Source: Nitrososphaeraceae archaeon
GTDB lineage: Archaea > Thermoproteota > Nitrososphaeria > Nitrososphaerales > Nitrososphaeraceae
Assembly (NCBI GenBank): GCA_044870765.1
Contig: JBIOZG010000012.1
Coordinates: forward strand, 96,001-160,000
DNA length: 64,000 nucleotides
Reading direction: 5' to 3'
In this document: positions 51,928-62,278 of the stretch, one piece after another
How the letters are laid out: every line of letters begins with the position of its first letter
Numbering within the stretch: position 1 is the stretch's first letter
Made by a program: the position numbers and the translations under genes
Notes under the pieces: generated by a model
Told to the model about the DNA's origin: nothing
Database searches by the model: none
Seen by the model: only the letters and a program-made list of their open reading frames with translations

Positions 51928-52227
51928 GTGTTATCGTCATTGGCTTCGAAGAAAGAGATAAGGGACAAAGAAAATCAAGAACGTCTTGCAAATGCTATCA
52001 ATACTTTAGATAGTATAGCGAGAAATAACAATATTCAAAAAAATATTCGAAACATAGTGAGGGAAATCTTGACGGGAATAAAGGATGAAAAAAATGGGTC
52101 TATTTCTGTCAGAGCGGCAAATACCATAAGTATGCTAGATAATGTGACTCAGAATCCGCAGATGCAATCTCACATACGAACGCTGCTGTGGCAAGTTGTT
52201 TCGACCCTGGAGAGCATAAGAGAATAG
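51928..52227 (+). CDS. UPF0147 family protein
   Basis: KNIR, VRAANTISMLD...NPQM..H.RTLLWQVVSTLESI. Confidence 0.85.
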   Translation: MLSSLASKKEIRDKENQERLANAINTLDSIARNNNIQKNIRNIVREILTGIKDEKNGSISVRAANTISMLDNVTQNPQMQSHIRTLLWQVVSTLESIRE

Positions 52228-52243
52228 AAACTGGTTACTCAAA

Positions 52244-52387
52244 TCAAGAGGAATCAACATTCTTGGCCTGTTTTAACTGAGGCGGAAGTTTTTCAAGTTT
52301 ATGAGTTGGGTTAGCAAGATAGTGTCTAGACGCGCCTTCTCCGCTAAGGACGATATTACAATTAATACATTTGTATCTTATAGCCAA
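52244..52387 (-). CDS. 47-aa C2H2-type zinc-finger microprotein (not in ORF track)
   Basis: Manual translation from TTG: MAIRYKCINCNIVLSGEGASRHYLANPTHKLEKLPPQLKQAKNVDSS. Confidence 0.6.
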   Translation of the reverse strand: MAIRYKCINCNIVLSGEGASRHYLANPTHKLEKLPPQLKQAKNVDSS

Positions 52388-52782
52388 TTACAATATACTT
52401 TATACGCACATATCTAAAAAGATACTGAAGCGAATTGACTCCTATTCTCTAATCAATCTCACTATTTTATATGCCGTCGCACTATTCTGCTTTATTACCC
52501 ATTCATCAAGGGACATGGCTAAGCGACAGTTGAAATAAGCTGGTCAACAATAGAATTTGTGTGCGTCTGAATTAGAATCAATCAAGCAGTAATGTTATGC
52601 ACTAACAAGCTACTTTAGAATGGTTAATTACACAATATGGTTGAATTAGATATTTATCAGATAAATGATGTAAACTATATAGTTCAATTTTACCAAAACG
52701 AGGATTTTAATATCAATTGAATCAAGTATTGGTCTTGAACTAGTATTGTTTCAATAGAACTACGAAGCGAATTGGATCTAAT

Positions 52783-54882
52783 TTATCTGAGTTTGATTAT
52801 TTCTCGGTTATCTGGAACAACAGATCTTATTTTTAATCTAGAAAAAATATTGCTGGCCACATTTTCCGACTTGGACTTTTCCCCGTGATTAACAAGTACT
52901 CTTTTGGGCTTAACCCTAGCCGTAAAATTCATGATCTGATTGAAATCACTATGTCCACTAAATCCATCGATTTTTTGACTCTCACATTTTATTGGAATAA
53001 CTTTAACCTTGCCTTTTTCATCCATCATGCTTATCTCCATCAAACCTCCATCTATGACCCGTCTTCCCAGTGTGCCATTTATCTGATAAGAAACAAACAT
53101 AATTTTGTTTCTCTTGTCTGGTGCGATTTTCTTAAAGTATTCAACTGATGGACCTCCTTCTAACATACCGGAGGTGGCCATTATGACGCTTGGATTTTCG
53201 TCGTTAAATACATCTTCCCTTCTTTCATATCCATTAATGAGCGTGAAGTATTCTGATTGAAATGGATTAACGCCGTTTGACACTGATTTTCTAACATCAA
53301 AACCAAGGTAGTGTGCATAGGACATGTGTATAGCACTAGCTTCAGATATCATACCTTCAATGAAAACTGGTGCCTCCATTAAACGTCCTTCTCTCATTTC
53401 CTTATCTAGGACCAACATTATTTCCTGCGCCCTTCCAACGGCTGGAACTGGAATCAATACCTTTCCTCCCGCCGACATTGTCTTGTTGATAGCATCAGTG
53501 AAAGTTTTGTATACTACAGACTGATCCGGCATTATGTCAGCAGAATTGCCGTAAGTACTTTCTGTAATTAGTGTCTCGACTCTAGGGTAAACTGAAACGG
53601 CACTATCAAGTAATTGTGTCCTGGCATATTTGTAATCACCAGAATAAAGAATATTATGAGTTCCAAATACATTGATGTGTACTGTAGCGCTTCCCATTAT
53701 GTGCCCAGCGTTATTGAAGGTTATTGTGACATCCGGTGAAATATCTGTTGGTTTCCCATAAGGTAAGGTTATACAATGCTTTATGACTTCGTTTACATCT
53801 CTTGTTTCATAGGGCAAAAAAGTGCCATTGCTTTTGGATATCTTGACTGAATCGTACTGGAGAAGTGTCATTAAAGGAAGAGTTGGTTCGGTACAATAAA
53901 CTGGCCCCTTGTATCCAAATTTGAATAATGCGGGTAAAAATCCTTGATGATCTATATGAGCATGGCTTATGATTACTGCATCTATTTCATCAAGGTCAAA
54001 ATTAAACCAGTCCAATCGCGGATAAGCGGATATACCTAATGGTTCTCCAGGATTAATGCCACAATCAAGCATTATTTTGCTTTCAGAAGTTACGACAATG
54101 AAACATGATCTACCTACTTGTTTAACCCCGCCAAGACAGAAAATGGCTATTTCCTCCTTGCTTCTCAACTTCGATTTGAATTCAGTTAACTCTGATCTTT
54201 TTTCACTTGAATGATTTGTCAAATTTAGATTAAAATCATTACTTTGGAGAACAAGCGGAGGTCTAAAGACTCTTTTGCCTAGCGATTGTAGGAAAAGACT
54301 TCTTTCCTTTGTAGAGCTCTTCTGTGTAGAGTGTATCATGTTCATGCTACTTGACTGTATATGAGGAGACCTTAACGTATGTGCTATCCAACCCGTGGCT
54401 TGAGCTATATTGATTACCATGTTGGCATCTATTGACTCTGGACGGTTTACCTCTAGAACCACTTCGCCTGTGGCGTCATCGCAAAATACAGCAGATATTG
54501 TAACCTCATTCGGTAACATCTTGATGACAGCTGCTCTTGTTTCTTCTTCAGACAGTCTGATCGACGTATCGGTTCTTACTACAAATCTTTTTTTAACATT
54601 TTTCGACAGAGATGAAAGATAGTAGGTCAATTCGGTCAAGGAAAATTTAGGATTTAGTGTGTAAAGCGCAACATATGGGCCCTCAAACCGTATGTTTGTA
54701 ATCTGCGATTCTTTTGGAATAGATTTGAGTATTATATCTTTGAAAAAATCTTCATCAACTTTTTTTGTACGTTGAATTTGATTTTGGGAAACAGTATCAT
54801 TTCGTTCTTTAACTTTGTCACTGTTCTCTAGTGTAGGAATACGCTCATCCACAGAATTTTTACTTAAATTTTCATTGGTCAC
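52783..54882 (-). CDS. fttA: Beta-CASP ribonuclease aCPSF1 (FttA) with N-terminal KH domains
   Basis: FEGP, LGGVKQVGRSC, SHAHIDH, AGHIMGS, ESTYG, AVGRAQE, SGMLEGG, GFSGHSD, NHGE. Confidence 0.95.
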   Translation of the reverse strand: MTNENLSKNSVDERIPTLENSDKVKERNDTVSQNQIQRTKKVDEDFFKDIILKSIPKESQITNIRFEGPYVALYTLNPKFSLTELTYYLSSLSKNVKKRFVVRTDTSIRLSEEETRAAVIKMLPNEVTISAVFCDDATGEVVLEVNRPESIDANMVINIAQATGWIAHTLRSPHIQSSSMNMIHSTQKSSTKERSLFLQSLGKRVFRPPLVLQSNDFNLNLTNHSSEKRSELTEFKSKLRSKEEIAIFCLGGVKQVGRSCFIVVTSESKIMLDCGINPGEPLGISAYPRLDWFNFDLDEIDAVIISHAHIDHQGFLPALFKFGYKGPVYCTEPTLPLMTLLQYDSVKISKSNGTFLPYETRDVNEVIKHCITLPYGKPTDISPDVTITFNNAGHIMGSATVHINVFGTHNILYSGDYKYARTQLLDSAVSVYPRVETLITESTYGNSADIMPDQSVVYKTFTDAINKTMSAGGKVLIPVPAVGRAQEIMLVLDKEMREGRLMEAPVFIEGMISEASAIHMSYAHYLGFDVRKSVSNGVNPFQSEYFTLINGYERREDVFNDENPSVIMATSGMLEGGPSVEYFKKIAPDKRNKIMFVSYQINGTLGRRVIDGGLMEISMMDEKGKVKVIPIKCESQKIDGFSGHSDFNQIMNFTARVKPKRVLVNHGEKSKSENVASNIFSRLKIRSVVPDNREIIKLR

Positions 54883-55067
54883 TTTAACATTCTTCTAGAT
54901 ACTCGGTCTCATTTTCCATTATCCTTACACTAATAGTGATAATCAATTACTATCACAACACGATATAGCAAGGTCATTAAAGTTCTTACCGGTTGTATCC
55001 ATATTGAAATTGAACTTCTCTCTTAATATATATTTTGGAAATTAATTGCTTTAAACTATTCTTTATT

Positions 55068-56258
55068 CTAGAAAGGTGCGTAAGGAAGAATAAAAGTCAT
55101 AATAATAATAATAACCATGATTATGGAAACTGCTGAAGAGATTTGTTTGAGACGATTCTTATCAATCCCGGATCTGCTCTCTATAAGAGAGCCATACAAC
55201 TGACCTCCGTCCAAAAATGCAATAGGAAGCGCATTAAATATTCCCAAATTAAAATTTATGAACCAAAGCCAGAAGAGGGTATTTGCAATTATGGGAAATG
55301 TTGGACCAAATATACTTGAATTGTATTTTGGAGCCATGGTATCTGAAAATGGTATAAATTGTCCACTTAACGTTGGCAAAGGGAGCATAGGCACTGGGCG
55401 ATTGATATCAAAGGTAAAAGCAAATTGACTCTTGTACAATTCTAGCGTCACATTGGGATCAATGGGTAATGCTACTACACCAAGAATAGGTTTGGTTGGA
55501 TCGGCGTCCGCTGGAATTGATAGTGTATCCGTTGTTTGTTTACCCTCTCTGTCAGTCCATACGATTTGAAATTGTTTGCCTATATTTGATTTTAAAACTC
55601 TAGATAAATCCTCTTGACTACGTACTTCAGTTTGCGCAATAGTTAGTATGCTGGAACCTCGTGTTAGACCAATATTGTCAGCAAGAGACCCGTCAGTTAC
55701 ACTAATTATTTGCAATCCGCTCTTCTCGGTATCTTGTGTAGGAATTGGCGTCAAGGTGGATATTAATATAAAGAGCAAGGCCATAGAGACTGCAGCAAGT
55801 ATCATATTGTTAAGCGGACCTGCAGTTAGAACCGCACTCTTCTCCTTCAATGTTGCCTTTTCTAATCCAGTTTTATCAAGATTAACAAAAGCCCCAATTG
55901 GAACAAAGAGAACAAAAGCAATTCCGGTTGATTCCACCTTTATTCCATATACCCTTGCAACGACGCCATGACCTGCTTCGTGTATAAAGACGCTGATTAC
56001 AAGAGCAACCAAAGTGTAGGTGATTGGAAGAAGAGGGTTAAGTATGGGTATAAGAAAATTACCTCTGGGACCTATCGCCCTGACATCCTCTCTCAGAGAA
56101 ACATTGGTAATGAGAGTGGATATTCCACCTATGATTAATAAGATAGCAATGGCGGTTATAACCGGCATTAAATAAGTATTTGCTCTAGCATAGGCCTTTG
56201 CGATTCTTGTCTTTGCTATATAATCAAAGAATTTTAGTCCAAATGGGGTATGAAGCAA
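55068..56258 (-). CDS. Site-2 protease (M50 intramembrane metalloprotease) with PDZ-like insert
   Basis: HEAGH, GAFV, AGPLNN, FNALPIAFLDGG. True start probably further upstream (frame open to 56336). Confidence 0.92.
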   Translation of the reverse strand: MLHTPFGLKFFDYIAKTRIAKAYARANTYLMPVITAIAILLIIGGISTLITNVSLREDVRAIGPRGNFLIPILNPLLPITYTLVALVISVFIHEAGHGVVARVYGIKVESTGIAFVLFVPIGAFVNLDKTGLEKATLKEKSAVLTAGPLNNMILAAVSMALLFILISTLTPIPTQDTEKSGLQIISVTDGSLADNIGLTRGSSILTIAQTEVRSQEDLSRVLKSNIGKQFQIVWTDREGKQTTDTLSIPADADPTKPILGVVALPIDPNVTLELYKSQFAFTFDINRPVPMLPLPTLSGQFIPFSDTMAPKYNSSIFGPTFPIIANTLFWLWFINFNLGIFNALPIAFLDGGQLYGSLIESRSGIDKNRLKQISSAVSIIMVIIIIMTFILPYAPF

Positions 56259-56465
56259 AATCAGGGGAAATGGGTGAAAGATGTCGGCATGAACGCCTTT
56301 TTGTTTTTGTTTTTCCAGATCTTTAACTAAAATAATTTACATATTTAAATCAACGCATCGAATTTGAACTAAAAGGTATCAGTAGATAATCACACGAATT
56401 TAATTGATATAGTAAAATATCACTTTAAATGCATGAAAATATATTATTATAAATCGTTACCAATA

Positions 56466-56642
56466 TCAGTCGTTTTTCCACAATTCCACAACAGACAATT
56501 TTGATTTTTCGGATTCCTTATTTGTTTCTAGATCTCTTTCCAATTTTCTTTTGCGTTTAACATGATCAGATTCTTTAACGTGGTTTTCCAGGGATGATGA
56601 CTCTATCGCCCTCTGACAAATATTGCAGTAAAACTCCTCCAT
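56466..56642 (-). CDS. 58-aa C2H2 (matrin-like) zinc-finger microprotein (not in ORF track)
   Basis: Manual translation: MEEFYCNICQRAIESSSLENHVKESDHVKRKRKLERDLETNKESEKSKLSVVELWKND. Confidence 0.7.
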   Translation of the reverse strand: MEEFYCNICQRAIESSSLENHVKESDHVKRKRKLERDLETNKESEKSKLSVVELWKND

Positions 56643-56788
56643 TTATTAAGACTATAATATCAGCCAAATTTAATTTAATTCCTAACATTGATGCGCGATA
56701 GAGTTCCCTTAATCATTCGAATCGAAATTTGCAAACAATTTATTAACTTACGACGATCGTACTAGAAGTAATAGGTATTAGATCTGAT

Positions 56789-57559
56789 TTGCAAGACTTT
56801 TTGCTTTTCCCTTTTTTTGTATTAGTTGGATTGATTGCAGGTATATTGGGGTCGATGATTGGGGTTGGTGGAGGAATAATAATATCTCCCGCTCTGACAT
56901 TCCTTGGTCTCTCTCCGCCACAGGTAGCAAGCACAAGTCTGTTTGCAGTTTCTTCAACTAGCATTTCCTCGACTCTTGCTTACAGTAAGTCAAAGAAGAT
57001 TCAATATATGCTCGGAATTAAGATGGCACTGTTATCAATACCAGGTGCAATAATAGGATCTTTTTTTTCAGTTAGAATAGACCCTGGTTCTTTCAAGATA
57101 CTTCTTGCAATAGTACTAATCGGTACAGGAGTTTATCTAATTTATAAAAAATCAATACTCGCCGGAAATTCCTTGTCATTTCAAAACCTGTGGGTAAGGA
57201 TTCTTTTTTTCTCCAGTACATTTGTTGCGGGAATTATTTCTAGTTTATTTGGGATAGGAGGAGGAGTTGTATTTGTTCCCTTAATGATATTGATTCTAGG
57301 ATTAACAATGTATTTGGCTGCTCCGACTTCACAATTTATTCTCATGATTACATCCTTGGTAGGATTATCCGCTCACATAATACTAGGAAATCCTCAATAC
57401 ATACCTGCCATATTGCTATCAATAGGGGCATTTGCAGGTGCTCAAATAGGATCAAGATTATCAACCAAATTGAGTGAGCAAAAACTAAGATTACTTCTTG
57501 GCATTACTTTTATCGGCATTGCGCTTAGATTGATACTCGATTTTTACCAAATTGCCTAA
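56789..57559 (+). CDS. TauE/SafE (sulfite exporter-like) membrane protein
   Basis: Duplicated GVGGG/GIGGG motifs, ASTSL, GAQIGS. Confidence 0.9.
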   Translation: MQDFLLFPFFVLVGLIAGILGSMIGVGGGIIISPALTFLGLSPPQVASTSLFAVSSTSISSTLAYSKSKKIQYMLGIKMALLSIPGAIIGSFFSVRIDPGSFKILLAIVLIGTGVYLIYKKSILAGNSLSFQNLWVRILFFSSTFVAGIISSLFGIGGGVVFVPLMILILGLTMYLAAPTSQFILMITSLVGLSAHIILGNPQYIPAILLSIGAFAGAQIGSRLSTKLSEQKLRLLLGITFIGIALRLILDFYQIA

Positions 57560-57754
57560 TTGATAAACATCAAAAAAATGGATGGATTATCATGAACCAA
57601 GATAACAATTGATTTTTAAAGAACAGAAAGTGGTGACTCAGATTGTGAGTTCTAATAAAGTCGCGGGTTGAGCTGGGTTATTATATCATACAAAAAGGCG
57701 TATATGATAAAAGTAATAAAGTGGACCTAGAGATATCTATCAGACTGCAGACTA

Positions 57755-58561
57755 TTGTCCATTCAAATTCCAGTGAGAAATATACGGGTTCATGGAAACA
57801 AGATTCGCTATCTTGATTATGATAATGTCGATACAAAGAAAAAAGAAACCTTAGTCTTATTGCACGGTATAGGCGCATCTGCCGAAAGGTGGGCTAAAGT
57901 GATTCCATTCTTATATGATCATTTTAGGGTAATTGCCCCAGATATAGTTGGCTTTGGTTATAGCGACAAACCAACGGTTGAGTACAACATACCCTTCTTT
58001 GTAAAATTTCTGGAAGATTTCCTGAACAGTTTGGGAATCAAGAAAACAAGCATTGCAGGCTCATCTTTTGGTGGGTTAGTTGCAGCAGAATTTGCAATTA
58101 AGAATAGCCAAATGGTAAACAAACTAGTTTTAGTTTCTCCAGCTGGGACCATGAAAAGCTCGACGAGAAAACTGGAGGAGTATATTCTCGCGTCTCTTTA
58201 TCCAACACATGATAATGCTTGGAGAGCCTTCATCAATATGGCATTTGACCCCCGAACAGTTACAGAACAAACTGTAGAAGATTTTATCGATAGAATGAAA
58301 CTTCCGAATGCAAAATACGCATTTATGTCTACCATGCTTGGAATCAGGAATACTCCAAACTTGTCTTCTCGACTCGACAAGATACTTTCACCTACGATAA
58401 TAGTATGGGGAGAACAGGACGAAATGATACCGGTCAAATATGCAGACGATTATAGGAAAATTCCCAAATCTAATTTGATAGTAATACCAAAGTGTGGTCA
58501 TACACCCTTTACTGAAAAACCAGAAATATTTTCTAAAATAGCAATCGATTTCTTGAGATGA
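57755..58561 (+). CDS. Alpha/beta hydrolase (candidate PHA depolymerase/esterase)
   Basis: LHGIG, PDIVGFGYSD, GSSFGG nucleophile elbow, WGEQD, GHTP. Confidence 0.9.
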   Translation: MSIQIPVRNIRVHGNKIRYLDYDNVDTKKKETLVLLHGIGASAERWAKVIPFLYDHFRVIAPDIVGFGYSDKPTVEYNIPFFVKFLEDFLNSLGIKKTSIAGSSFGGLVAAEFAIKNSQMVNKLVLVSPAGTMKSSTRKLEEYILASLYPTHDNAWRAFINMAFDPRTVTEQTVEDFIDRMKLPNAKYAFMSTMLGIRNTPNLSSRLDKILSPTIIVWGEQDEMIPVKYADDYRKIPKSNLIVIPKCGHTPFTEKPEIFSKIAIDFLR

Positions 58562-58601
58562 TTCAATAGTATTAAATAAACGTATCCTAGAAATTAGGAG
58601 T

Positions 58602-58913
58602 ATGGGTGAAGATAAGCCTGAAGTTAATGAAGACATGGAATCATACAAGAAGGCAATAGATAATACGACACAGGCACAACAAGATTTCTTTAAGAAATTT
58701 TCAAATATTCAATTGGACGCGATGCAAAATTTCTTTTCAATGCTACAGGGCCTGACATTTCATCATGCAATGTTCAAGACTACTATTCAAAGCGGCGGCA
58801 GAATTTCAATACCAGAGGCTGAAAGGCAGGCATTGAAAATTGATGATGGAGACCTTGTCCAAGTCATAGTAATCCCGATCGAAAGAAAACATAAGAATAG
58901 TTCAGACAAATGA
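58602..58913 (+). CDS. phaR: AbrB-domain protein, haloarchaeal PhaR-like PHA regulator
   Basis: FKTTIQSGGRISIPEAERQALKIDDGDLVQ AbrB domain after an amphipathic Q/F-rich helix, next to phaEC. Confidence 0.75.
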   Translation: MGEDKPEVNEDMESYKKAIDNTTQAQQDFFKKFSNIQLDAMQNFFSMLQGLTFHHAMFKTTIQSGGRISIPEAERQALKIDDGDLVQVIVIPIERKHKNSSDK

Positions 58914-58958
58914 CATTGATTTAATTAATACTTACCTATTATAGTTAAATCGATTTAC

Positions 58959-60017
58959 TTAGGTTGACCGTGATTTGATCCATTGTCCTACTTTTGGTAA
59001 AACGTTGTTCTGAGAATAGCTACTTGCAATTAATCCCACATGACCGGTGTGGAATCGTATTAGTCGTTTATCTTCACTCGATACTACTTCGTTTAAGGGA
59101 ACGCTGCATTCAGGAGAGACTAGATGATCCTCCTCTGCAACGATATTTAGAAGAGGAACGTTAATCTTCTTCAGGTTTACGATGGCAGTTCCTAATCTAA
59201 ATTGGTTTTTAACTAGGAGATTTTTTTTGTAAATATCGTTTATCCATTGTTTGATAGTCTCACCGGCAATCGGTGGTGTATCATATAACCACTTTTCGAT
59301 ACGTAAGAAATTCTGTACAAATGATTCATTGTCAATATTTTCAACAAGATTATAGTACTTGTTAACTCCCTGCTTGAACGGTTTCAGAATAGAGTAACAT
59401 TCGTAGAGCTTTTCTGGTGGCAGATAACCTATGTAGGATACCAACTTATCAATATCCATCTGCTTAGAAATATTTGCAATTACTGTCGTATCTTTACTTG
59501 TATCAATCACTGGCGCAATTGTAACCAAATTCTTGATCTTTTCTTGATGTAAGGATGTATACATAGCCGACATAGAAGATCCCATACAGTATCCATGAAG
59601 AGTAATTTTGTCTGAAGAATTATTATTTTGAACTATCTCCACGCAATCATCAATATAAGAATTTACATAATCATCAAATGAGACATACTTGTCCATTCTA
59701 GTAGGAGACTTCCAATCAAGTAGGTAGACGTCAAATCCTTGCATCAAAAGATGGCGAATCCAACTTTTGTTAGGTTGAAGATCAAGTACATATGACCTGT
59801 TAACTAATGCATATACGACCAATATTGGAGTAGAAGAAACCCTCTTCACAAGGCTGCGATAATGCAAGAGTCTGTATAGCCTTGTCTCACATACAATATC
59901 ATTTGGAGTATCACCGACTGAAATATGATTTCCCCTGGATAGTAGCTCAACTGTTTTGGCTACTTTTGAGAGATCAAATCCACTGCGTTCTGGGGTTTTA
60001 CGTTCTTGGCTAGTCAT
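58959..60017 (-). CDS. phaC: Class III PHA synthase catalytic subunit
   Basis: TPILVVYALVNRSYVLDLQP, GYCMG lipase-like box, AEEDHLV, GHVG. Confidence 0.95.
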   Translation of the reverse strand: MTSQERKTPERSGFDLSKVAKTVELLSRGNHISVGDTPNDIVCETRLYRLLHYRSLVKRVSSTPILVVYALVNRSYVLDLQPNKSWIRHLLMQGFDVYLLDWKSPTRMDKYVSFDDYVNSYIDDCVEIVQNNNSSDKITLHGYCMGSSMSAMYTSLHQEKIKNLVTIAPVIDTSKDTTVIANISKQMDIDKLVSYIGYLPPEKLYECYSILKPFKQGVNKYYNLVENIDNESFVQNFLRIEKWLYDTPPIAGETIKQWINDIYKKNLLVKNQFRLGTAIVNLKKINVPLLNIVAEEDHLVSPECSVPLNEVVSSEDKRLIRFHTGHVGLIASSYSQNNVLPKVGQWIKSRST

Positions 60018-60037
60018 TTCTAAATCAAATCAATAGT

Positions 60038-60583
60038 TTACTTTTTTTCCCGTTTTTCGTATCCATTTTTTAGAGTTCTTAGAGTCTTTTTAATTTCTTG
60101 TAGGTCCTTTAGAACCGTATCTAACTCCGACCGAGTAGGTATATTTAACAAACTAAGATTTCTTTCCACTATTTTGTTAACATGATTTACAAGGTCAAGC
60201 TGCTTTGAGTAGACTTCGTTGTATGATATTGCAAACTCTTTTGAGGAAAAAAGGGAACTATAGGCTTCCTCAAATGCGTCAATTACAAGAAGTCTAAATT
60301 TTTCAGAATTCGGATCATTCACATTTGGATCCGACTTTGATCTCAGAATAAGATTCCCAATGGCTTGGAATTGAGTTTTGGACATTTGCAACCAGTAATT
60401 GGAAAAATATTTCTGAAGATCCATTAGGATCTTGTTCAACGTTATCAAATCTTCCATGTATTCGTTGTAATCTTTATTTATAAGACTGAACATACCAAGG
60501 GTTGGAAAATTCTGTAATTTCTTCCATTTTTCAAAAATATCATATTTATTGAAATCGTTCAAAGTATTATTTTCATCTTTCAA
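60038..60583 (-). CDS. phaE: Class III PHA synthase subunit PhaE
   Basis: 181 aa directly upstream of phaC, C-terminal LNIPTRSELDTVLKDLQEIKK. Confidence 0.88.
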   Translation of the reverse strand: MKDENNTLNDFNKYDIFEKWKKLQNFPTLGMFSLINKDYNEYMEDLITLNKILMDLQKYFSNYWLQMSKTQFQAIGNLILRSKSDPNVNDPNSEKFRLLVIDAFEEAYSSLFSSKEFAISYNEVYSKQLDLVNHVNKIVERNLSLLNIPTRSELDTVLKDLQEIKKTLRTLKNGYEKREKK

Positions 60584-60802
60584 TTTCCTAGTACCTATTT
60601 AATATCTTGATTATTTAGTATATTTACTTTAAATAAAAATTGCACTAATTAATCTCAAATTCCACCTAGCTTTGAATAAGATACCCATTAATGTATGTGG
60701 AAGGGGTTCTTTGTAGTGTTATATTTCGTGTAGACATCTTATCAATCAAATTTAAGTGCCTTTCCGAGTCCAACTTGCACAAATGTAGATTAATAAAGTC
60801 TT

Positions 60803-61081
60803 TTGATGCCATTATTCAATATGGGATTTATCGACGTATTTAAGAAATGGAGACCTAAAGGGAAGATGTACAGTTTTAGATGCAATCAATGTGGAAAAGG
60901 TTTTCTATCAAGCTATGCTCTCGAAGCCCCCGTATGCGGTAAATGTATGCAAAAGATAAAATCCTCAGATTCTACAATTGACTATGACAAAAAATGTATT
61001 ACGTGCGGTAACAATGGAGTCATATATGCTAAATCTCAATGTCATTCATGTTATTTTGGCCTTAAAAGTAATATGAAATAG
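60803..61081 (+). CDS. Cys-rich double zinc-ribbon protein
   Basis: Four CxxC motifs (CNQC, CGKC, CITC, CHSC). Confidence 0.65.
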   Translation: MMPLFNMGFIDVFKKWRPKGKMYSFRCNQCGKGFLSSYALEAPVCGKCMQKIKSSDSTIDYDKKCITCGNNGVIYAKSQCHSCYFGLKSNMK

Positions 61082-61184
61082 AAAAAAATTCGAGCTGAAA
61101 TAACATTCTTCCTTAGAACCTCCAAAAGCATGGTAACAATTTTCTCTCATAAAGGAGATCATCGATTTCTCAGATAAGACAATC

Positions 61185-61454
61185 CTAATGTGGGATTGTG
61201 GATGGGATTAACTTCATCTTCCTACCAAACCAGAGGTACGAGACACCATTGAATGACTTCATCTGCAGCAGCTTCATACCTGTAATTTTTTCTATTTTTG
61301 TTAATCCTGTCAAGTCGATAAAATAGTTTTTTGCTTCAACAACTATGAATTCCAAGTTTTCTTCTCTTACCGTAACGTGATTATATTTTAGCAGATCATT
61401 TGATACAACAGTATGAAGTATCCAATAGACACATTCGTCTATTTCTATTTGCAT
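61185..61454 (-). CDS. Hypothetical protein
   Basis: 89-aa ATG ORF. Confidence 0.5.
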   Translation of the reverse strand: MQIEIDECVYWILHTVVSNDLLKYNHVTVREENLEFIVVEAKNYFIDLTGLTKIEKITGMKLLQMKSFNGVSYLWFGRKMKLIPSTIPH

Positions 61455-61680
61455 TTATTGATCTATATGATAAGATTTTGATTTCTATTAAGAAATTAGA
61501 TAATATCATTTAGAAAAAACCATAGGAAAAATTTCTTTTAAAAAACTATCAAAAGCATCGTAGTGTGAAATAATAAACTCATAAGTTGCAATTTGATTTG
61601 TGGAAATTATTAATCCTACTGAAGACCTGAGATTAGGTTACTGAAACATTTTTGCTAGTAAATTGCGCTCCACAAATACA

Positions 61681-61854
61681 CTATCTTCTTTTTGAATTGG
61701 CGTTTCTTTTGGCCTTGTTTAGTTTTAGTAGTATTAATCCCGCAGCACCCCATAGCAACATGGAGACAAGATATTGATGGAGAAACCAGGTGATACCTCC
61801 TCCTATTGCAAAAACCGCTCCTACTATTCCGAGAAATTTTTTCTGTTTTACCAT
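61681..61854 (-). CDS. 57-aa two-TM membrane microprotein (not in ORF track)
   Basis: Manual translation: MVKQKKFLGIVGAVFAIGGGITWFLHQYLVSMLLWGAAGLILLKLNKAKRNANSKRR, basic termini around a hydrophobic hairpin. Confidence 0.6.
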   Translation of the reverse strand: MVKQKKFLGIVGAVFAIGGGITWFLHQYLVSMLLWGAAGLILLKLNKAKRNANSKRR

Positions 61855-62278
61855 GATTATCCCCTTTTTGAAATCCTGACTTTTACATATTTGATCAATT
61901 TAACTACCGATTAAACAATTAATTGAAAAACAATTCATTGCTGCTGTTACTATTGATTTCGTCGAATCTTAAATATATTTAGGATAAGTTAAAGAAATGT
62001 GAGAACTGCCCTAATTCTTTACTGCTCTATTTTCGAGTTCATGATGGTGGCTTTAATAATCTCTATTAGTCGCGTTCATACTTACGGAGAGTCATCGATG
62101 GAGGTATGCATCAATGGAAAATGTGAAATGGTTTAAAACCCTATAGATATCGTGTCGAAAATACATGCGAAAAGACGAATGCAATATAAGCAATCAACTT
62201 ATTAATTCTACGAAAAGGTAAATTAAATTTCACAAGAAGACAATATTAGCTACGCTAATCTGGGTATTGCATTTTAGT

